Shown here: in pieces, positions 13,380 to 26,995 of the stretch
Numbering within the stretch: the stretch's first letter is position 1
How the letters are laid out: every line of letters starts with the position of its first letter
Assembly: GCF_018350175.1 (NCBI RefSeq)
Contig: NC_058368.1
Coordinates: 209,624,001-209,688,000, forward strand
DNA: 64,000 nucleotides
Source of the DNA: Felis catus
Lineage: Eukaryota
Reading direction: 5' to 3'
Notes under the pieces: model-generated
What the model saw: only the letters and a program-made list of their open reading frames with translations
What the model was told of the DNA's origin: nothing
The model's database searches: none
Position numbers and translations under genes: made by a program

Positions 13380-13989
13380 AATAACTTTTTTTTAATATGT
13401 GTTATACCTTTCTTGGGGAATCCTGTATACATATATATGCATATATATACATATATCTTCCATATAGGCTCAATCAAAAATAAATACAATTCATATTATT
13501 TTGTTAAGTACCCATAAGGCAATTATGTTACACCAGTTATTTTTATATACTGGTGGGATCTAAGATAAAACAAGTCTCCACCACAGAGAAAACAAGTTGG
13601 GAGTTATTACTCTTAAGTTTTGCCCACCCTCTCTTTATGCTATAATTTCTTATCCTAAAATTATTCAAGAAGCTCTCCCAGGACTTCTTCTTTTACTGAG
13701 TCTGGACCCAAATTCCTACTCCACAAGTTTCAAGAACCAACTTTCAAAGTGAGGATACCAAGGAAATTTTTGAAGCCATGACACCTGGGTAATACACAGC
13801 GTTAAAAGAATGGGCAAATACTTGATTTCATTTTCAAAAGCAAAGACTTGAGACTTTTCTGAAGTAAAATAAAAATTCACTTTTTAGATTCTGCTTTAAA
13901 TCTTATGTAATAGTTATTAATAGTTTAAGGATCCAGGAAGTATTATGCATAACATTATCAACCTGGGTGTAAGCTCCTCAAAGGGAGTG

Positions 13990-14210
13990 GAAACGCAGTA
14001 TTAGTATAGCAATTAAGAGTTCAAGCCTAGGTTTTAGAATCACAAAAACTTCGTTTAAAATTTGCCTTCTTCCTGTTTCAAGCTGTGTAACCTTGACTTC
14101 CTAAGCTTCAATTTCTTCACCTGTGAAATGCAAATAACATCTATTCCAAGAAGTTTTTTTCTGAGAGTATTAAATATGATAATGGTAATATATAGAAAAC
14201 TCTTGACGGT
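13990..14210 (+). mobile_element. MIR
   Basis: AGCTGTGTAACCTTG...CTTCAATTTCTTCACCTGTGAAATG core. Confidence 0.65.
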
Positions 14211-15139
14211 GTTTTATTTTAAAAACAGGGACAGGAAGAATTACCCCACCCATCCTTATATCTATTATAACACCTAAACTTGAGTGAAAAGAAAAGAATT
14301 AGTAAGAATGGGAGTTAAAACTTATTAAGTAAGAACCCTTTTAGGGTACTTCTTCACTTAATCATTTTTGATCAACAGAACACATCATAAATCTAACTAG
14401 AGTATACCTCTTCATTTCTCCAATTGCTAGTGAGGTTTAACAACTTATATATGTATTTACCATTTAGGTTCAATTCTGATACATTAAAAAACAGAAGTTT
14501 AAACTTAAGGAATAATAATCCATTTTGGCTGTTTCCTCTTTTGTTCCCAATCAGCAGCTATCTATTTAAATCATAACACTGTATTAACAAAACGCAAATT
14601 ACTAATCTTGCCTCCTTGCCCTAATCCCACTTATTTTTTCCTTTTTTCTTTTCTTGTACAACTTAAACTTTCCAGACACACTACTGAAAATCACTTACGG
14701 ACTCATGGAAGATGAAGACTTTATAAATTACTGACCAAGAGAATTAATTTTACTTCTACATATAGATATTGTTAACACAGGCATTTATTCTGCAACAGAC
14801 ATTTAAATTGGCCCTTACTACAGGTGAAACAAATTGTTTTAAATACTACACCACAATTACTCAATTTTCAATCCTATACTATAGTCAGGTATGACTAAAT
14901 GAAAATTCTGACATAATGTGACCACAACTTTTCTTCTGAACTATCTAATCTTACTTTTCATATGTGCACAAGTTTTTTCAAGTCACAACAGCACCAGACT
15001 GGACAAACAGGAAAAATTCTATCTTGTAACTACTTGTAGCATGTAGTATTTGGAAGGCTGGAGAAGGGCAGAATGAACAATACTGAAGAACAACTCTAAA
15101 TTGTCCCTAGAAAAAGGAGCATGAATTAGACCTAATAAA

Positions 15140-16950
15140 GGAGTTCTTGTAGGATACAAGATCAAAACATAAAAATCAATTGTAGTACCATCTACTACCA
15201 ATTAACAATCTCAAAATGAAATTTTTAAAAATTCCATTTATAATAATATCAAAAATATATATCTAGGAATAAATTTAACAAAAGACGTGTAACACTTGAA
15301 CACTGAAAACTATAAAACATTATCAGTGAAAGAAATCAAGGCCTAAAAAAAAAAAAGACAAGGCACCCTATGCTTATGGATGGAAAGACTTAATATTATA
15401 AAGATGGCAATACTCCCCAAATGAATCTATACATAGACTAATCCCTATCAAAATTGCAGCTGCCTATTTTGCAGAAATGAACACACAGATGCTAAAATTC
15501 ATATGAAAATGCAAGAGATCCAAAATACAAAAAAAATCTTGAAAAAGAACAAAGTTAGAGGATTCATACTTCCTATTTTCAAACCTTATTACAAAGCTAC
15601 AGTAATTAACACTATGGTACTGGTATAAGGTTAGACCCCTTATGGTGGATGGAATGGAATAAAAGTGAGAGTCCAAAAAGAAACTCTTATATTTACATTC
15701 AACTGATTTTTTACAAGGGTGCTAAGACCATTTAATGGAAAAAGAATAGTCTTTTCAACAAATGGTGATGGCACAACTGGATAATCACATGGAGAAGAAA
15801 GATGTTGTAGCCCTACTTGATACCACATGCAAAATATTAACTTGAAACTGATCAGAGAATTAAATGTAAGTGCTAAAACTAAAAATAGATGTAAATCTTC
15901 ATTATCTTGGGTTAGGCAACAGTTTCTTAAATATAACATCAAAAGCACAAGCAGCAGCAGCAACAACAAACCACAACCCAGATAAATCATACATCATCAA
16001 AATAAAAAACTTTTGTGATTCAAAGGACACCATCAAGAAATTGACAAGATAATCCACAGAATGACAGAAAATATTTGCAAATCATATATCTAATAAGGGA
16101 CTTGGATCCATAATATATCAAAAATTTATAACTTAAGAATAAAAACACAGATAATCCAATTCAAAAATGGGCAAAAGATTAGAAGAAACATTTCTCCAAA
16201 GATATATAAAAAACCAATAAGCAAATGAAAAGATGCTCAATATCATTAATCCTTAGGGAAATGCACATCAAAGCCACAATAAGATACCACTGCATACAGG
16301 ATGCCTACACTCAAACACACAATAACAAGTATTGGTGACGATATACAGAAAGTGTAAATCTCAAACACTGAAAATGGAAATGTAAAAATCACATAGCCTC
16401 CTTGGAAAACAGTCTGGCAGTTCAGCAGAGTTAGTTAGCATATGCCATAGAAATTCCACTGCTATGTATCTACATAGGGGAACTGAAAATCCATGCCCAC
16501 ATGGAAACTCATATGTGAATGTTTATAGCACCATTATTCATAATAGCCAAAAGGTGAAAACAACCCAAATGTCCATCAACTAACAAAAGGTCAAGTAAAA
16601 TGTGGTATATCCATACAATGGAATATTATATAGCCATAAAAAATGAAGCATTGATACATGCTACAATGCAGAAGACCAAGTGAAAGAAGCCAGATATAAA
16701 AAGGTCACACTATGTGATTCCACTTATGAATAAGGAAATCTGTTGCAACAGAAGGTAGATTACTGGTTGCCACAAGCTGAAGAAGGGAAGAATGGGGAGT
16801 GACTGCTAATGGATACTGGGTTTCTTTTTTGGGTGATGAAAGATTCTGGAAACTAGATAATGATGATGGTTGCACAACTTTATGAATAAACTAAAAACCA
16901 CTGAAATTTTACCACTGCACAATTTAAAAGAGTGAATTTTACGGTTTGTG
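15140..16950 (+). mobile_element. Old LINE-1 (L1M/L1MB-like) 3' fragment, ~1.8 kb
   Basis: Continuous degenerate ORF2 3' region (CTAGGAATAAATTTAAC, GGCAATACTCCCCAAA, CAACCCAAATGTCCATCAAC) followed by an L1MB-type 3'UTR. Confidence 0.88.
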
Positions 16951-17699
16951 AGAATGTGAGATTTTTTTCAAATCTTTTAATAAATCTAGTTCAGATGAGC
17001 CACATATGTTATAAGCAAACACTTGCTAAGAGCCTGCTCCAGGCCAAACACTCTACCAGGTACCACAGGCAGAGCCTGCCCTCCAATAGTTCACACTCTA
17101 AGCACATAATACAAACAATACAAAATGAAACAAAATAAACCATAGTTCAATATGTAAGAAAACGTAGGAAGTCAACATATAACTTAAATAACTAACTCCT
17201 ACACACAGGTATATATTAGAAAAGGAAGAGAACACATCACTTGGGGCAGCAGAAAAGGGAGAACAGCCTGGGGGAAAAAAAGGAAAAGTATAAGCTGGGG
17301 TGGGGGGTGAGGGCGGGGGAGGGAAGCCTAGGTGATTCTGTTACGCTACTCTCTTCTATCACCGCCAAAAAAACCCGTAAGATCTTGACAAAGGGAGGAT
17401 AGGATTTGAATACATGGAGAAAAAAGGAGGTAAATGTCGTGATTAAAAGGTGTAAAGCAGGAAAATACAAAATGAGTTATCAAAATATAGTGGATATATA
17501 TATATACATATATATATTCTGTCCATACATGTATATTATCATACATAATAGTATATAACACAACACCTTTGGAGGCATAATTAACTTTAGACATTAAAGA
17601 CGAGATAAATCAAGCTCCTCATATAGGCAGTTATTATTTGGGATATATCCCTTGATCTGGGGTATACAGCAAAGTTATATTGGGAAGGAGTATTCATAT

Positions 17700-17734
17700 T
17701 TCTTTTTTTTTTTTTTAAATGCTTATTTATTTTT

Positions 17735-17766
<32 letters not shown>

Positions 17767-17956
17767 CAGAGAGACAGAGCACAAGCAGGGTAGGGTAGGG
17801 CAGGGCAGGACAGAGAGAGGGAGACACAGAATCCCAAGCAGGCTCCAGGCTCTGAGCTGTCAACACAGAGCCCAACACAGGGCTTAAACTCATGGACTGC
17901 AAGATGATTTGAACCTAAGTAGGATGCTTAAGCAACTGAGCCATCCAGGTGTCCCA
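17700..17956 (-). mobile_element. Can-SINE
   Basis: TSD GGAGTATTCATATTT. Confidence 0.88.
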
Positions 17957-18949
17957 GGAGTATTCATATTTCAATACCAGATTAACTTGAGCCAAATTAA
18001 TTATTTTTTCTTTGCTTCTTATCAAATATCTTTCTTCCTAATAATTCATTATAAATGTCACAAATTAGCCTATTTTCATTTAGGAATAGAGTTGACAAGG
18101 ATATATTTTTCATCAAATCACAATGAGAAAGGTAGCCGTCAACTAATAAAAATAACAAATACTTGCTGAGGACAACTACTGTAAGTGTACAGCATAGTTC
18201 TAAGCATTTTACATGTTACTCTTAAGCACTTTGCATCCAACATACACAAGATAATGCAATTTGACTTCTGAGTAAACTTTTTAAACACAAGCCACCTTTA
18301 GGAACAGAGAAGTCAGCTCACTGCTTTTTTTATTATATTCTAAGTACTGTTGCTAGTATATATTTAAAAATTTTTACTTCAATTTCTTAACAATTCTTTT
18401 GCCAAATTCATTTTTAGCATCTGCTACTTTAACTTCTTTCCTCAGTTCTATGTCCTCTCTAGTATCCAGCAACTTCCCTCCATTCTTCAGGACTCAACAC
18501 ATCTCTCCATTCTATTTTTAATTCTAACTTACTAATAATTCTGCTCACCACAGTTCCTTGCTCCTTTATGCCTCTCAGATAATGTTTTTACAGGATAGAA
18601 AAAAAAAGGGATCTTTTAGGCAGCCATGTAAAATTTGAGAGGGAGGCTGAAAAAAAAAATCCTAATAGCAAATGCCTAGAATTCATTGGTGAGCACATGG
18701 TATTCAATGAATTCTTGTGAAATGATTAAAAAGCCTACGGAAAGAACTAAAGGAGAGACTTATAAACTTATCTTACATCTCCAGAAAAGGTTTAAGTTTG
18801 AAAAAATTCTCTAGGTGATTCTGGTGTGCCACCTCTTTAACCAAACCAAGTACATTTGCGTGAATGTACTTAGATTCTACGAAAGCACAAGTTTTCATTT
18901 TGACATTATGACACCTGGTCAATCATTTCTGGTAAGTCAGTTTGATTCC

Positions 18950-19171
18950 TTTTTTTTTTTTTTTAATTTTTTTTAACGTTTTATTTATTTTTGAGACAGA
19001 GCATGAACAGGGGAGGGTCAGCGAGAGGGAGACACAGAATCTGAAACAGTCTCCATCCAGGCTCTGGGCTGTCAGCACAGAGCCCGACGCGGGGCTCGAA
19101 CTCAGGGACCGCGAGATCATGACCTGAGCCGAAGTCGGCCGCTTAACTGACTGAGCCACCCAGGCACCCCC
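18950..19171 (-). mobile_element. Feline Can-SINE (fairly young)
   Basis: CpGs retained; TSD CAGTTTGATTCCTTT. Confidence 0.92.
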
Positions 19172-19730
19172 AGTTTGATTCCTTTATAATGATTTCTGCA
19201 CATAATACTTTTGATAAGCCACTGCCATTTTTTTTATTCTAAAAGTAGACCTTTAATTATATTTGTAAAAATAATCCCTTCATGAGAAAGTAACATAGTT
19301 CTCACTAAAAGATCTCACTATGTGTGGATTCAGTACAAAACTAACCAAAGGGGCAGTCTTCTGATTAATCTGGATAAACAAATACACCAGGAAGGCCCTA
19401 GAAAGAGCCTTATACAACAGAAAAGTCATACAAGAACATTCATTTTGTTATTCTAAGTTCATAGTAGTATATGACCCATATTCTGAAAAGGCAAGCCTCA
19501 AGACGAAATGGTATTACTCTCTTCTGGTAATTTAAACCACGTAAGATTTAAAAACCAAAACCAAAAACACATAGAAATCACCCATACCTCTTTTAACTCT
19601 GATTTAAGACTGGAGAGATCTTCTAGGTCAGCCCTGAAGAAAGTCATTTTCAAATAACCATTAATGCCTACAACAATTTGACCAAACCACTAAATTTTTC
19701 AATACCCGTTCTGTCTAGAATGTGAAAAGT

Positions 19731-19933
19731 GGGGGCACCTGGCTGGCTCTGTTGGTTGAGCGTCTGACTTCGGCTCAGGTCATAATCTCGTGTTTCGGGA
19801 GTTCAAGCCCCACATCTGGCTCAGGGCTACTGCTGTCAGCCTGTCAGCACAGAGCCTGCTTCAGATCCTCTGTCCCCCTCTCTCTGCCCCTCCCCCACGT
19901 GCACTCTCCCCAAAATAATATGGAAAAAAAAAA
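19731..19933 (+). mobile_element. Can-SINE
   Basis: TSD TAGAATGTGAAAAGTG. Confidence 0.9.
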
Positions 19934-19974
19934 TAGAATGTGAAAAGTGATAGTGTTTCATAGACTATATTTTT

Positions 19975-20372
19975 TGTCTTTTTTTAATTAAAAGATTATT
20001 GAAGTATAGTTGACACACAATGTTACATTAGTTTCAGACATACAATATAGAGGTTTAACAAGTTGTACGTTATGCTATGCTCACCCCAAGTATAGCTATC
20101 ATCTGTTTCCATACAACGCTATTATAATACCATTGACTCCATTCCCTATACTGTACCTTTTATTCCTGTGATTTATTCATTCTGTAACTGGAAGCTTGTT
20201 ATTTCCCACTCCCTTTCACTCATTTCACCCATCCCCCCAACTTCCCTCCTCTCTGGAAACCATGAGTTTATTCTCTATATTAATAATGACTCTGTTTCTG
20301 TTTTTTGTTTATTCATTTGTTTTTTTAGATTCCACATAAAAGTGAAATCATATGCTGTTTGTCTTTCTCTGG
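19975..20372 (-). mobile_element. LINE-1 3'UTR fragment (carnivore L1 / L1MA9-like)
   Basis: TTGAAGTATAGTTGACACACAATGTTACATTAGTTTCAG...TTTTAGATTCCACATA...GTGAAATCATAT is the reverse L1 3' end. Confidence 0.8.
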
Positions 20373-20439
20373 GTAGACTGTATTCTTATTCATAGGCAGC
20401 AAAACTTATTTTGGCTTTAAAAGCTATGTATTAATAGTC

Positions 20440-20625
20440 AGGGAGCCTGGGTGGCTCAGTTGGTTGAGCATCCAACTCTTGATTTTGGCTCTCACAGTTC
20501 GTGAGTTTGAGCCCTGCATGGGGCTCTGTGCTGACAGTAAGGAGCCTGCTTGGGATTCTCTCTCTCCTCTCTCTGCCCCTCTCCTGCTCACATAGTCTCT
20601 CACTCTCTCTCAAAATAAACAAACC
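20440..20625 (+). mobile_element. Can-SINE
   Basis: Head GCCTGGGTGGCTCAGTTGGTTGAG, CT linker, A tail. Confidence 0.88.
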
Positions 20626-20744
20626 TAAAAACACAAACTGTGCTAATTCTAATTTGTATGTATATACCAGAACTATAATAATAAAATGAATATTACATTG
20701 GATATTCTCAGTTGAGATAATAAAGGAATCCAAGGTTTTCAACT

Positions 20745-20817
20745 TTTTTCTTTTTTAATTTTTTAATGTTCATTTTTGAGAAAGAGACAGAGCATGAGCA
20801 GGGGAGGCACAGAGAGA

Positions 20818-20863
<46 letters not shown>

Positions 20864-20990
20864 CCAAAGCAGGCTCCCAGCTCTAAGCTGTTAGCACAGA
20901 GCCAAATGCAGGGCTTGAACTCACAAGCTGTGAGATCATGTGACATCATGAACTGAGCCAAAGTTGGACACTTAACCAACTGAGTCACCT
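20745..20990 (-). mobile_element. Can-SINE
   Basis: Reverse SINE motifs with a (GA)n linker. Confidence 0.88.
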
Positions 20991-21169
20991 CAACATGGTT
21001 TTAAAGTTAAATTTTATATATCCATTTAAAGAGTGTACATAGATTTAGAAATGTCTTCCACATGAGAATAATCCTCTAATTGACCAATTCATAATTATGT
21101 TCTTTGCCAAAGAAAAGCCTAATGTCTTCTGAGCTCTGAAGACCTGAAGTGTTTAGACTCTCATATCCA

Positions 21170-21990
21170 CCTTACTGAATGTCCCACAGGTCACTGTGCC
21201 TAAAAATTGTGGTATCACCTCCCTCCCTTTTTCCACATTACCACTTAAAACTTTCTCCTCCTCTATTCTTAACATTAGTGAGCGGAACTTCTAAATTCCA
21301 AGCCCCACAAGTATGAAACTTGAGAATCAAGGAAGCATCCTTAACTCTTTTCATTCTCCATTACCCAATATACCAAACTGTATCCAGGCTATTTCCTTAA
21401 CATTTTTTATAAGTTTCTTCCTCCACATTCTCACTACCTTAACTGAGGACTTTATCAATTCCTAAATAGCAGCCCTACCCTCCTTTTTTCTGCCCACTAT
21501 CTAATCTCTGCATTGCTGCCAAAAAAATATTTTTCAAATACAAAACATACTTCATTACTAAATAATTTCTTGATTCCCCAGTGCCTTTAAAATAAAATGC
21601 AGAGTTTGTAAAGGCATATACAATTCCTTCATAATCTGGACTATGTCCCTCTCTGTAGCTTCAAATCTTTTTGGCATGCTCCTTTTCCAGCCCCATACTC
21701 CGATAATCTGAGCATCTGCAGTTTCCAAAATGGAACTGTTGCCCCAGGCTCTTAAATCTAATTAATGACTTTCAAAATTTAGTTTACACCTCATCTCTAG
21801 TCTAAATTAGGTGATCCCCCTCAGTCCTGCTCTTTGTGAATCTTGATATTGTAATATAATCTTTGTTTACCTGTCTATATTAGACTTTAAGATCCTTGAA
21901 GGCAAGGCTAGCATCTCTTATTTCAGCATCTCTAATATCTTATAGTTCCTGAGACACAGGAAATGCTCAATGTTTGATGAATAAGTGAAT
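21170..21990 (+). mobile_element. LINE-2 fragments
   Basis: Pyrimidine-rich L2-like body ending ATCCTTGAAGGCAAGG...TGCTCAATGTTTGATGAATAAGTGAAT. Confidence 0.6.
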
Positions 21991-22854
21991 ATGAGATCAT
22001 TGCCATGTCCATATCACATTAGATATTTCTTATTTCAAATATTAAGAGTAAGTACTAGGACCTACCTAAAAATTTATTTTTCTTTCTAGTACATTCCAAT
22101 CTAGAAATTTTCTTACCTTTTTTTTTTTTCTACTAGTAGAAGATTGATGATCTTTTAACTACAACTGTATCTCTAGGAACTACTCCTTTTTTTCATTTAT
22201 CTAAATTCCTTTTTTATACCTTTGTGTTTTTACTAATCCATAAAAATCCTAAAACCTGAGACCACCCAATAACCCCTTAAGCTTATAGTTGAAGAAATGA
22301 GCTCAATGACTTGAATGTCACTTGGTTAGCAACTAGCTTAGATTAGATTCTATGCTAATTTCACTATGTAATACCTCCAAATGATACATCCAGCTTGAAA
22401 AAGCTTAGGACCTTCATCATCAAGGAGTTCAAAAATATCTTGGAAAAAAAAGATCACATCCACAATAGTGGGCAAGAGGAGCAGTTAAATGACCCAAGCG
22501 TAATCTTAATAGGGAATTTGCATCTATATGAAAAAAAATGCATTTACTGAATGAATTAAAACATGAATGAAAATACTGACTATGGAAAGGTAAAACTATT
22601 TTTGGAAATATATATTAAGAGCCATAAAAATGTTCAAACCTTTTGGCCCAACTTCCACTTATTAGATTACAACTCTAAGTGAATAAACTCCCCAAAGGGC
22701 ATGAGGGCAGTACATATAAAGATGTTCCACTGTCTTATTTTTATACAGGAAAAAAAGTGAGAGCAAATAAAATGTTCAACAGAATGACTTAGGAAATTAT
22801 GGTTCATTCTCTGACAAAATACTGGGTAACATTTTTTAAAGTTTCTAAAAAATT

Positions 22855-22950
22855 ATTATTTAAATAATCGCTACACCCCATGGGGGGTTCGAACTCACAA
22901 TCCCAAGATCCACTGTCGCATGTCCTCAGACTGAGCCAGCCAAGAGCCCT
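22855..22950 (-). mobile_element. Short Can-SINE
   Basis: GGGTTCGAACTCACAA...GACTGAGCCAGCCA. Confidence 0.7.
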
Positions 22951-24517
22951 GGGGTAAAATTTTAAATAATTACGAACACCATTAGGAAATTAGGAAAATC
23001 TTAATGAGACAACCTTAAGACAAAACAAGTCTATGTATGTATAATTTAAACCATGAATACATATTTAACTAAAATTATATTCATATATTTTTATTAAAAA
23101 ACTAGTAGGAAAAACATAAAATATGAGATTATATTTTTCTTATTTTCCAAATAGCATGTAGCTTTTTCCTACATTGTTTCTATAATTGGAAAAAAGGGGG
23201 AAGTCTTTAACTTTGAAGTTCTTAAAGGATTTTACATTCTAAGTTCCACAATTTAGCCTTACTTAACATACCAGAAAACTATAAGTGGTTTTAGTTTCCA
23301 AGAAAACTAAGAGAATGGAGAATTGCTGAACTATGAAGTTTTTATAAAGAATCACTAAAATCATATGATAATTCATGTAGGTAACAGCATGGCTCAACAC
23401 CTAACAGCATATTAGAGACTCAGATACTGAATTTCATCCTAGGTCAGTCACAAACAAACTTGTTGCAAATTGTAAGTCATTTTAAATTCTAGTTTTTATG
23501 CCCCTTCATCTGAATACTGAAGACATGCAATGACACTTTGACATACACTACAAACCTTGAATAACTGCAAAAGACTGAAGAACTATAATATTTCTCTCCC
23601 TTTCCCGCCAACTCTCAATTGGTTTTTGCAAGTCATTTTAGCCTTGAGCCTACAAATTTATCCCATAGCAATGAAGACAGAAGTACAGAGGCAATACTTG
23701 AAACCAGAAGCAAATCTGAAACAGGAATAATAGTAGAAGGAATCCAAACCACCTGCATACAGATTTTTCTCTTATCCAGCTAAGCAAACCTAATTGTCCA
23801 AATATAAGCAATTAACTAAATTATACCAATTCTTTGCTTTAAGTGTTTTCCCACCTTTTCTGGGCTTTGTGTTTTCTTTCTTCCATCAAATTTACTCAAT
23901 GTTTAACAAACCCCACCCATCTTCTGTCACTCAAATTAGTCCTACATCCCCAAACTGAAATATAATTCAAATTCATTTATTCAACAATTGTTTGTTGAGT
24001 GCTGACAATGTACAAGGTACCAGAGACTCCAAGACAGGATTCTCCTGTCAGTCTTTGTAAATTGCCTTTTTTTTTGATTGATCTCATTTTCTCAAAAACA
24101 TGGTAATTAGCACTACAGCACAATATAGCACCTATTATTTCTTTAGTTATAAACTCTGGATATAGTGAAGACATGTTTGTTTTTCAAAATAACATCACAT
24201 TGTAGTGTGTCCTTCACAAAAGAGATACTCAGGGTTATTTAAACCAATAACTCTTAAGTAGATCCTTTTGTTGAAATGGAGAACGAAGGAGACAACTTCT
24301 TATTCTAAGGAAGAAACATTGTAAATTATACAAAACCACCAGTAATAACTTCACAAGCAGGTAATATAGTTATATCTGACTCTTGCCATTAAAAATGTCT
24401 GAATGCCTAGCAACCGAATGGTATCATATCCCATTGTATTTGTTTCTTTAACATTGTTATCTGCAATAAAAGTGAAAGTTATTCAAGTGAACTTGTTTCT
24501 ATAGTATAGGGGAAAAA

Positions 24518-24707
24518 TATTTTTTAAAAAGAGAGAAGGAGATGGAGAGAACCTGAGCAGGAGACGGGGAGAGGGAGAGAGAATCTTAAGCAGGCTCCAT
24601 GCCCAGCACACAGCCTGATGAGGTGCTCAATCTCATAACCCAGACAACATGACCTGAGCCAAAGTCAAGAGTCAGACGCTTAACCAACTGAGCCACCCAG
24701 GCTCCCC
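24518..24707 (-). mobile_element. Can-SINE
   Basis: TCAAGAGTCAGACGCTTAACCAACTGAGCCACCCAGG. Confidence 0.85.
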
Positions 24708-25009
24708 AGTAAAGTTAATTTAAAAGTCCTCATTTACCCTTTCCTCCTACAGTCCCATTTTCTTCTCAACTCTTGACTCTGCTCCTTAACACATCAACAC
24801 AGTATCAAAATAAACATACACATTTAGGAATTATTTTACTCTAAACGTAAGGTATGGAAGGATAAAGGTGGCATTTAAACTGTTCTAGTCAATATATACT
24901 GGGTTGTCCGTCAGAAGCCTAGATTTTTAGATATAGTGGAAATGTGCACAGAAGACAGTCTCATTTAGACGATAAAGCATGAATGTTAATAAAGATTACA
25001 CCTTAATTT

Positions 25010-25115
25010 TAGTTTTTTAAATTGTTTTTGGTCATCTCTCTACCCGTGGAGCTTGAACCCACAACTCCGAGATCAAGAGTCACACACTCTTCTAAATAAA
25101 CCAGCCGGGCACCCC
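25010..25115 (-). mobile_element. Short Can-SINE
   Basis: GATCAAGAGTCAC...CCAGCCGGGCACCCC; TSD TACACCTTAATTTT. Confidence 0.8.
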
Positions 25116-25279
25116 TACACCTTAATTTTAAATACCAGAGCCCAAGCATATAAAAAAATACCCTAACTAAATACATCTTTCACAACTACCTCTAAGTCTT
25201 CTTAAAATGAATGCGAGAAGTTATTCTGTCTGATAAGCTGTATATACATGCCTACTCTAAGAATCCAAAACAGAAGAGG

Positions 25280-25900
25280 GATGGATTCAAGTGATATGCA
25301 GAGGTGTTATGAGTGTCAGAACTGGATGGACAACTGGATTGAAGGTACAGTAAAGGAGAAGGGTGAAGCATTATCACCAAATCTCCAATTTAGGGAACTG
25401 AGTTGATGATGGAAACATTCACCTACTTCACATAGTTGTAAGAACAGTTTTTTTATTTTGGAGGGCGGGGAGAGTGGTGAGAGTAGGGAAAAATTGAGGG
25501 ATGAGTTCAGATTTATATACTTTTGAATTTAAAGTATTTATAAGACATTAGGAGGTACCTAGACAGATGGATCTGTCTCAGGAAAATACATCATTCTGGA
25601 GGCAGATTCCTGAGTCATCAGCATACAGGTAACAAGCATATAAAAAGTCATATAAATAGATAAGATCAACAGGAAGGGATAACAGAATGAAGAATATAAA
25701 AAACCACCTCAGGAATACCAAGATTTAAGGGGTGGGCAGAGGAGGAAGAACTAGCAAGAGTCAACAAATGACATATTAAATACATAAGGGAAGAAAAAGA
25801 AGAGACAGATATCCTGAACCCAAGGAAAGAAAGGTTTCAAAAAGGGAGTGGTGAAAAACAAAAAAGGTGGTCAAATAAAACGACCAGAAAATGGCCCTTT
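25280..25900 (-). mobile_element. LINE-2 fragment
   Basis: Purine-rich L2-like segment (GATGAGTTCAG...GAGTCATCAGCATACAGGT). Confidence 0.55.
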
Positions 25901-25941
25901 TCTCATTATCTTTCCCAACTTTCAGTAAACAACACTGCTTC

Positions 25942-26192
25942 TTTTTTTTTTTTTAAGGTTTATTTATTTTTGAGAGAGAGAGAGAAAGAGAGAGAGAGCG
26001 CGCGCACACACACGCGCACAAGCGAGCACACAAGCAGGGGAGGGGCAGACAGGAGGAGAGACAGAATCCCAAGCAAGCTCCGCACCATCAGTGCAGAACA
26101 AAACGTGGGGCTCAAACTCACAAACTGTGAGATCATGACCTGAGACGAGATCAAGAATCAGATATTTAGCCAACTGTGCCACCCAGGCACCT
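25942..26192 (-). mobile_element. Can-SINE
   Basis: Reverse SINE motifs with a GA/CG/CA linker. Confidence 0.88.
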
Positions 26193-26639
26193 TCTAACTT
26201 AAAGCATTAAAAGAGAGGCACCCACTGTTCTTCACTATAACCGATGCTCTATTTTTAGTATAAACAACAAACATTAAACTTACAGTAAAATGTAAACTCA
26301 GTTTTTGGTGAGTTATTATTGTACCATCCCTCATATCTTATTCTAGTTTTTATGTACTATATGTTCAAAATACATGATACTACCTATCTTAATTTTGATG
26401 AAAAAGAGGGCACTGCATATTTTACCTGGTTGGTGGAACATCTAACATGATAGAATAATAAAAACAAATACCACTTAATAATAATGTCAATTACAAATTT
26501 TTTGAAGGGGTAAAAATAGGCAAGTAAAATTATATCAAATAATAAAGCAGCTGCAAAATCTGAGAAAAATATCTAAAGTTGTTTAATCTTTTTTGACAGT
26601 AGTACCAAAGGTAAAGGGTATTCTAAATCAATTTCAAAA

Positions 26640-26995
26640 TGAAGTCACCAACAATTACTAATACATGCAAGACACGGATGAATTTCAAAAGCCTTTTACT
26701 AAGCGAAAGAAACCTACCACAGAAGACTACATACTGTATGATTCCTTTTATACAACATTCTAGAAAAGACAAAACTATAAGGACAAAAATTATATGCGGT
26801 TACCAGGAGCTGGAACAGAAGTAGGAAACTGATTACAAAAGGACATAAGGCAACTTTTTGAAGTGATGAAAACATTGTTTGAGTGTGGTAGAAATTGCAA
26901 GACTACATGTTTGTCAGAACTCATCAAACTGTATACCTAAAACAGTGAATTTTATTGTGTAAATCACACTTCCAATAAGCTTTACTTAAATTTAA
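26640..26995 (+). mobile_element. Old LINE-1 3'UTR fragment (L1MC/ME-like)
   Basis: TACATACTGTATGATTCC...AACTCATCAAACTGTATAC...GTGAATTTTATTGT. Confidence 0.75.

Noticed and set aside
18848..18871. 9-bp stem hairpin AAGTACATT...AATGTACTT
   Set aside because: Short AT-rich stem expected by chance in 64 kb.
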